A DNA stretch of 32,000 nt from Blochmannia endosymbiont of Camponotus nipponensis. GTDB taxonomy: Bacteria; Pseudomonadota; Gammaproteobacteria; Enterobacterales; Enterobacteriaceae. The notes beneath the pieces are model-generated. The model had not been told where the DNA came from. It did not search any database and was given only the letters and a program-made list of their open reading frames with translations. Below are positions 30,007-32,000 of this stretch, piece by piece (positions within the stretch are counted from its first letter, which is position 1; every line of letters begins with the position of its first letter). Made by a program: the position numbers and the translations under genes. The stretch lies in NCBI RefSeq assembly GCF_009827135.1, contig NZ_CP046534.1:30001-62000 (forward strand), written 5' to 3'.

Positions 30007-31362
30007 ATGTTAGAAAAAATTGTCATTGCAAATCGAGGAGAAATAGCACTACGTATTTTGCGTGCATGTAAAGAATTGGGAATAAAAACAGTAGCCGTAT
30101 ATTCCACCATAGATCGTGCTTTAAAACACGTCCTTTTAGCCGATGAAACTATTTGCATAGGACCTCCGCCTGCGACACATAGTTACTTAAATATTCCAGC
30201 TATTATTTCAGCTGCAGAAATTACCGGATCATCAGGAATTCATCCTGGTTATGGATTTTTATCAGAAGATGCTGATTTTGCAGAACAGGTTGAACGCTCT
30301 GGTTTTGTTTTTATTGGACCATGTTCAGAAACAATCCGTTTAATGGGAAATAAAATATCTGCTATAACTATTATGAAAGAATCAGGAATAATGCCTGTTC
30401 CAGGTTGGAATTATGAACTGAACAAGAATATAAATAAAGACTTTTCTAATTTTTCATATCAACATTTACATATTAATTATCCAATTATCATAAAATCTGC
30501 TCATGGAGGAGGAGGAAGAGGCATGTGTGTAGTGAGGAAAGAATCAGATTTACAAGATGCTATACAAATGATACGAACAGAAGCAAAAAACATGTTTAAC
30601 AATGACACTATTTATGTAGAGCAATATTTAGAAAATCCAAGACATATAGAAATACAAGTTTTATCTGATGGACAAGGAAATATAATTTATTTGACAGAAC
30701 GTGATTGTTCTATTCAAAGGAGACATCAAAAAATAATAGAAGAAACTCCTGCATTAGGTATCAGTTCTGAAATGCGGCAATATATGGGAGAAAGTTGTGT
30801 AAAGATTTGTTATAAAATTGGATATCGTGGAGTAGGCACATTTGAATTTTTATATGAAAACAATGAATTTTTTTTCATCGAAATGAATACTCGTATTCAA
30901 GTAGAGCATCCAATTACAGAAATGATTACCGGAATAGATCTAATTAGAGAGCAATTAAAAATTGCTTCTGGATATACATTAGATATTAAACAAGACGCAG
31001 TTACATCTGAAGGGCATGCTATAGAATGTCGTATTAATGCTGAAGATTCTCACAATTTTATACCTAGCTCAGGACATATCACTAGGTTTCATGCTCCTGG
31101 AGGACTAGGCGTACGTTGGGAATCTCATATTTATTCTGGATATTCAGTGCCGCCTTATTATGATACAATGATAGGAAAATTGATTTGTTTTGGAAAAACA
31201 CGTGACATAGCCATTGCCCGCATGAAAAATGCGTTATCGGAATTAATTATTGATGGTATCAATACTAATATTGAGTTACAATTAAAAATTATAACCGATG
31301 AGGTATTTCAAAAAGGGAGAGAAATTAATATTCACTATTTAAAGAATAAACTGAATATATAA
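30007..31362 (+). CDS. accC: Biotin carboxylase subunit of acetyl-CoA carboxylase
   Basis: The ATG at 30007 gives [33 protein letters not shown], the canonical AccC N-terminus. The ORF-track start at 29944 lies inside accB. ATP-grasp motifs GGGGRGM and [11 protein letters not shown]. Confidence 0.96.
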   Translation: MLEKIVIANRGEIALRILRACKELGIKTVAVYSTIDRALKHVLLADETICIGPPPATHSYLNIPAIISAAEITGSSGIHPGYGFLSEDADFAEQVERSGFVFIGPCSETIRLMGNKISAITIMKESGIMPVPGWNYELNKNINKDFSNFSYQHLHINYPIIIKSAHGGGGRGMCVVRKESDLQDAIQMIRTEAKNMFNNDTIYVEQYLENPRHIEIQVLSDGQGNIIYLTERDCSIQRRHQKIIEETPALGISSEMRQYMGESCVKICYKIGYRGVGTFEFLYENNEFFFIEMNTRIQVEHPITEMITGIDLIREQLKIASGYTLDIKQDAVTSEGHAIECRINAEDSHNFIPSSGHITRFHAPGGLGVRWESHIYSGYSVPPYYDTMIGKLICFGKTRDIAIARMKNALSELIIDGINTNIELQLKIITDEVFQKGREINIHYLKNKLNI

Positions 31363-31591
31363 ATAATTAAAAATAACGTATAAAAAATATATTATATTTT
31401 GTAAAAAAAATAGGTGGTTATTATTCTTTTTAATTATAAAAAGAAACATCTCCATTCTAAATGAATACAATGCCTCTACATACATCACCAAGTTAACAGA
31501 ATAAAATGTTAAAAATAAAGAATAAAAAACATTTATAGCTTTTCCATACAGTTATATCTTTTTATCATATATGGCAAACATGCTAAACTTT

Positions 31592-32000
31592 CTATAGTCC
31601 AATTTTCTGTGTTTTTATTTTTTTGTTATTTTTTTCACTATACACTAATACGTTAGTGCCAATTCCTGATAATCGGCCTGCTAACATATCATTTTCAGTG
31701 TCTCCTACCATATAAGAAGAGATCATATCAATATTAAAACGTTTTTTTGCATCTAATAACATTCCAGGATTAGGTTTACGACACAAACAATCTCGCTGAA
31801 ATTGCTTGACTATTCCTTGTATATGATGCGGACAAAAATAAATTGCATCTATATGTACACGACGTGTTTGCAAATAATAAATCATCCATTTTGTTAAAAA
31901 TAACAAGTCATATTGAGTAAATATACCTCGTGCTATTCCAGATTGATTAGTAACTATTATTAGCAAAAAAATTCATTTCCTTCAATTCTATCATTGCATC
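31592..32000 (-). pseudogene. gmhB: D,D-heptose 1,7-bisphosphate phosphatase GmhB, interrupted by a +1 frameshift in a T7 run; 5' end outside the window
   Basis: The downstream frame (31966-31592) gives LIIVTNQSGIARG...YFCPHH.QG......C.CRKP.PGML...MVGD. The frame entering from base 32000 gives DAMIELKEMNFF and then hits TAA. Deleting one T of the run at 31965-31971 gives DAMIELKEMNFLLIIVTNQSG, colinear with E. coli [21 protein letters not shown]. Confidence 0.8.

Noticed and set aside
29378-30158. ORFs 29378..29620(-) and 29940..30158(-) antisense to aroQ/accB/accC, and the 29944 start of the accC ORF
   Set aside because: The antisense ORFs are shadow frames. The accC ORF-track start lies inside accB, whereas the canonical [15 protein letters not shown]-terminus begins at 30007.

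Overview
This is a strongly AT-rich housekeeping segment of a reduced-genome gammaproteobacterium. It looks like an Enterobacterales-derived insect endosymbiont. Blochmannia-like is only a guess from gene content and style and cannot be verified here. All comparisons to E. coli sequences and gene order are from memory; no alignments were run.

Gene content:
- 24 protein genes: leuS (partial), lptE, holA, rsfS, mrdA, mrdB, a DMT/EamA permease, folD, cysS, lpxH, adk, dnaX, apt, lon, pmbA, tldD, mreD, mreC, mreB, aroQ, accB, accC and a frameshifted gmhB (partial).
- One tRNA-Arg(UCU).
- One RNA gene absent from the ORF track: a 4.5S/SRP RNA (ffs) at 17646-17747 on the minus strand.

Bases 1-20676 read in reverse are collinear, gene by gene and strand by strand, with the E. 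coli K-12 map from lon to leuS. The order is lon, ffs, apt, dnaX, adk, lpxH, cysS, folD, argU, mrdB, mrdA, rsfS, holA, lptE, leuS. Everything else in that interval is deleted, leaving AT-rich spacers of 0.4-1.6 kb.

I found no CRISPR array, transposase, integrase, prophage, rRNA, toxin-antitoxin or defence-like gene. I see no evidence for a new multi-gene system. The window is ordinary core genome.

The points most worth a second look are small-scale:
1. The only canonical AGGAGG in the window drives a 16-codon uORF that overlaps the SD-less mreB start.
2. The unannotated ffs has its own promoter.
3. A near-consensus sigma32 promoter lies upstream of lon.
4. Two A7 slippery sites in dnaX sit at the tau/gamma boundary with immediate -1 stops.
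5. gmhB carries a single-base frameshift in a T7 run but is otherwise well conserved.
6. Perfect palindromes of 56 bp, 42 bp and 33 bp lie in gene-free spacers.
7. An A11 tract lies inside lpxH.
8. The partner proteases tldD and pmbA are adjacent here.
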